DNA of 56,205 nucleotides, the filler included, from Platydemus manokwari (Eukaryota), in the NCBI GenBank assembly GCA_037951405.1. It is 5 parts of 5 records of this genome, joined end to end, with 100 filler letters (N's around TTAATTAATTAA, not from the genome) between each part and the next. Parts side by side here need not be neighbours in the genome. Positions count along the whole stretch, not along the records: positions 40,708 to 56,205 come from JBBMOY011282539.1; 4 more parts are not named here. One strand, 5' to 3'. The first letter of the stretch is position 1. Every line of letters starts with the position of its first letter. This document shows positions 51,791 through 56,205 of this stretch, piece by piece. A program made the translations under genes and the position numbers. Below the pieces are notes generated by a model. It did not search any database. It saw only the letters and a list, made by a program, of their open reading frames with translations, and had not been told where the DNA came from.

Positions 51791-54449
51791 AATTTCTTTG
51801 CGATAATGGATTCATAATCTTGATATCATATTGGCTTTTGATGTTTTGTAAATAGTGAAAAATGTAATAATTTATAAAATCAATAAGTTTAATTCAGTGA
51901 GCAAATTTTTAATTAAAAGTTGATGGTATAACAATAAATATTATAAAAGTAATAAAAATGAAATAAAAAAATTAAAGCTTGAGGATATATGAGTAAAATA
52001 TGAATATAATTCCTAAAATTTCTGCAAAACGAAAAAGTAATAAAATTAAAATAATTGATATTATTGGGCAATTATAAACGACAAATAAGACTTGACTCCA
52101 ATTCAATGGTAAATATATTTCTCGGTGTATTGATTGATACACAAATTACAAAATCTCAACCCAAACTTGGCTTTCAACTGACAACTACAAAATATCAACT
52201 AAACATTTGGCGTTCGCTGGTTATGTTTTGCCAAGAATGGACGTTTTTTATGATGCCGTCTCACACAATATTAAATTGATTCATTTAAACAAATTATTCT
52301 GGAACATTCTATCAATTTCTATTTTTTATTTAACTAAATTACTAACGATTTTCTTTTTAATTTTTTATAGAATCTTTATTCAAAAATTTTAATTATTTTT
52401 AAAAATCTTATTTTTTTACAAACTCAACAATATCATTGACAGCTTTGAAATAAATTATCAAAATTTTGCTAAGATGATTGATGGAGAAAGGTGTACATAT
52501 AAAGGTGTAAGTATAAGCTCGCGCATTGAAAAGTATGAAATGCATGTCCAGTCCATTACAAGAAAAAAATTGCGAAAACAACTGGATCTATCATATTGAT
52601 TTTAATTTTATTTTAAGTAATTTTAAAATATTTGAAAACGAAACTGTTCTGGAACTCATACGAATGAATTTTTTTTAAAGTCATACAAGACTATCACTGA
52701 GGTTAATGCGTCGCTGAATAAGAAATTGATTATTCATTTGTTTAAGTGAGTTTAATTTCTATATCAAGTGTTGGGTAAAGGTAGAACGTTAATATTAGCA
52801 GGACTATGAGGTACCAACAAATGATGTGAGGAATTTTAAAAATATTATAATATAATATTACAATTTTATTTATGATATTCTTGATAAATCATAACCATTT
52901 TCATATTCTACTTTGCCCGACTTTCAAATTTATCCGTAACTCACTTAAGCGACGTATTGTGTAGTTTGGCAATAATATTTTATATTATTCATATTAGGCA
53001 TTAGGATTGTTTTATATAACTATTGGGTATATCACAAATCACTCAAAAGGGTCACAAAAACCAAGGAGAAATCCTAAAAATTGTCGATACACATAAACCG
53101 ATAATTACATATGTCGTTAACCAATCAAATTCATTCTAATGTGAATCCATATTTAAAAGCTACGAATCAACAGGCACATACCTACAAACGGTAACAAGCT
53201 CAAATATTCACAAATGGCACGTGAGATATAAGGAAAATCGCAAGTAAATCGATTCGCAAACAAATTTCGCGAATTGAAAACTTCAGTGCTTAGCTTATGT
53301 GTAACTTCAGTAATCAGTGTTTTTTATTACTCTTCTTTTTGCTTTTGACTTTCGAGTGCTGATACCATCTTGAATGATTTTCTTTGCGAATTGCGTAAAG
53401 ATTTGTTGTAGGTGTTATTGAAACTTTAAGTGTAATATTTAGTTAATACACACTTTCAGATCTAAATTGTTGTTTGATTACGAAACATAACTAAATTTTA
53501 TATAAAACCAATCCTGGACTTCTTGTATACAGAGGAAATTATTGTTAGTAATTCATAATCAAAAAACTATTGGTATGATTTAAAATATTAATAGATGATT
53601 GGTGAAATATAATTTATCTGTTGTTCCAAAAAGATCAATGACGGTTAACATAAATCATTATTAATAAACCTAATTAAAATTTTAATTTCCTTAAATTCAA
53701 ATTAGCCTAAGACTTTTTAATATAATTCCAATAGTCTTGTCTTCAATAAAACAATTGAAGATCCTTAGAACCAATAATAAATAAAATACAACCGCCCAGA
53801 CCAAAAATTTAATTAAACCACTTATTTAAATCGCAAACATCATCTACGATATTGCGAAAATTGAATGGTGGAAATGGGCACATGTTCTCTCTCGAGCGGT
53901 GTAATTGAAATAAGTAATTCATCTATATTGTTCCAAAAATGAGATTTTTGCTTTAATAAAAAACTCGCTGGATGCCATTCAATGCATTTCTATTTTAGAA
54001 AAACATATCTGTAATGAAGATTGTATGCAAAATACTTTACTCGAAGCTTAATCTTTTCTGAAATGTAATCTTAAACTACGGATAAATACGGATCTTCGAT
54101 TATTAATAAAGAATTCTTGAGAACTACATGACAGATGGCAATCATTTTATCATCAGGGGTCTGCTGATAGGTTTTAAGTAAGAAAATTCAAATTTAAAAA
54201 GTTATTTACCACACATATTAGGAGAAGGGAATACAATCGATGTAGATGAACTTTGAAGAATCATCAATGGTTTGACAATTGCTTTTTCAAATCGATAAGG
54301 TGTCTTGATAATAATATAAAAATGTCTATGAAAATGCTATTGGTTCACAACAATCAAACAATAAATTATTAAATTTGCTTTGTTTGATTGGCGATTGTAA
54401 ATGTTAAAATTCTTTGTTAATCATCGATTTTTATTTTGTCAAATTTTAA

Positions 54450-54651
54450 ATGGTGAGTGATGCTTTTATTTAATTCCGAATTTCCATTATTGCTCAGGAA
54501 CCAAGACACTTGATACATTTAATAGCAACGATTTCATCTTTCGTTAGTTCTGCTTGTAGTATTTTCATTATCATTCACACTGCCGTGGTGACAAAACGGT
54601 TTTCGACTTTTGCGCTGAAACCATTGATAAATAGATTGCAAGTAAAATCCA

Positions 54652-54690
<39 letters not shown>

Positions 54691-54989
54691 TTTATTGTTA
54701 TTATTATTAAAAATAATAATCAATATTTTTCCAAATATTTACAAAGTAATTAACTGATTTATGTTTTGTTTAAATGCTATCATTTCAGTTGTATATATCG
54801 ATCATTGATCTGGGTTACAATCTTTTATATGGGTATGATCATTTATATCAACTCATTAGGAAGGTTAAAGCAGAGCCTCCAGGATGCAAAGTTATTGGTT
54901 TCGCAGTAATGATATTTTATAATGCAATGAGTATGCAGAGCTGTATGGTATCGATCTCATCGATATTCACTGTGGTTTTCAACGTAAAG
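54450..54989 (+). CDS. Orphan 7TM G-protein-coupled receptor (cAMP-receptor/GPR157-like pattern), 5' part only (TM1-TM3)
   Basis: ATG|gtgagt exon 54450-54452, 45-nt intron, exon 54498-54641, exon 54789-54989 (all phase 0) give MEPRHLIHLIATISSFVSSACSIFIIIHTAVV...INRLQLYISIIDLGYNLLYGYDHL...PPGCKVIGFAVMIF...VSISSIFTVVFNVK. Three hydrophobic helices, R...Y.SI.DL in TM2 and Cys at the top of TM3. Remaining exons not found in the window. Confidence 0.75.
54652..54710. repeat. (TAT)n microsatellite in GPCR intron 2
   Basis: Run of TAT units that produces the spurious poly-Tyr tail of ORF 54510-54710. Confidence 0.95.
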
Positions 54990-56205
54990 GTATGGAGATT
55001 GTATTAGAGTCGATTAATATTTTGTGTGAATATTATGTTATTAATAATTATAGAATTATATTTTTAAAGCATATATTTTAAAACCCGGAAATCAAAGAAT
55101 TAAAGCTTGATAACAATCATTTGTCTTGTTTTCAGTATTCTGATAATGAGAAATTTACAATAAGAATTTATTAGGGAAGAAGTAGTACTAGAGCTAATGT
55201 TAGCAAGTGTACTGACAGATATATGTGGTTGTCAATGTTGGGAATAAAATCACGTGAGTCTAAATACCCTTCTATTGTTATGGCTGCAAATTTCTTTCAT
55301 CTGATATCCACCATTCAACACATTATTTATTGATTCTCTTTACTTCATTACCTAATTTCACATAATAAAACCTTCATATGTTTTTCTCTGATTGTTAAGA
55401 ATCAACATCCGAATTATCTCTCATCAATATTTATCATCAGACCTGATATTTTAATATATAATGTTGCTACTAAGCATTTCAGGATAAATATTTATTTACT
55501 TTACGGTTTTAGCTATTATTCTGGAAATTCGATCTGATAAATGGTGTGGTTGTGATCGGAATACCTTTGACAATGAGCATTATTGCTATATCTCTGGGAA
55601 TGATCGAAAATACGATTCTAGGGTAGGAAATAAAAATATTGATTATATTTATATCACGGTTTTTAATTTCTCGATAAATAATTTTGTTACCAACTCATTA
55701 TTGGTTGTTTGAAATAAAAATTTTCCGAGAAACGAAATCCTGAAATCGTTCTAAAATTCTCGAATAAATAATCGATAAAATAATAACAAAATCTGGTAAC
55801 CGTACAAAAAAATGGTTAAATTAATTTAATATAATAATATTAACACGTTTCCATGTGTCACAATTTGATGGAAATAATCGAGCATCATTCCACCACGGAT
55901 AGAATGATTTATTGGAGTTTTATAAATTCATTTTCAAAGATTCAGATTAAAAAAATATGAGTAGCAGCATATGTTAGTTGTCAAAATTTTTTCATTTTTG
56001 ATATTCAAATCTTCCGTCTAATTTGTCTTCTTTTTAATCCAAATATAAAAATACCCACATTTTTATATTACATCTTTTTATAAAGGATTTAAATTTTATG
56101 TTTAATAATTTTAACAATGAGCGTTTAACGGTATGTTTTAAGCAAGATACTTTTATAAATATTAATATGTTATATTGATTTTCGATATAAAATTTAAAAA
56201 TATCT

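Noticed and set aside
52055-52279. FLGVLID motif of a CR1/L2-type LINE
   Set aside because: An isolated motif; the surrounding translation does not continue the LINE pattern.

Overview
AT-rich eukaryotic (animal) genomic scaffold in five contigs, joined by artificial 100-nt N gaps that carry a TTAATTAATTAA linker. Genes have mostly 39-60 nt GT-AG introns and use the standard code. The style is compatible with a free-living flatworm or similar invertebrate, but that is inference only. Hand-spliced gene models: a complete 11-exon catalase (-, 506 aa, ending in PTS1-like CHL); a complete 4-exon CCA-adding enzyme TRNT1 (+, 456 aa); a 7-exon UVSSA-like gene (+, 361 aa) that appears to lack the C-terminal DUF2043/zinc-finger half; a divergent RRM gene (-) directly followed by a phase-consistent chain of small exons encoding one TM helix; and the first three exons of an orphan 7TM receptor (+). 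Intergenic DNA is dominated by decayed transposons (Tc1/mariner, pogo/Tigger, hAT, Gypsy, RLE-type non-LTR), a small tRNA-like dispersed repeat family and tandem repeats. I see no prokaryote-type system such as CRISPR or defence operons. The best leads are the truncated UVSSA, the RRM/TM unit and a possible intron-retention switch of the catalase peroxisomal signal.
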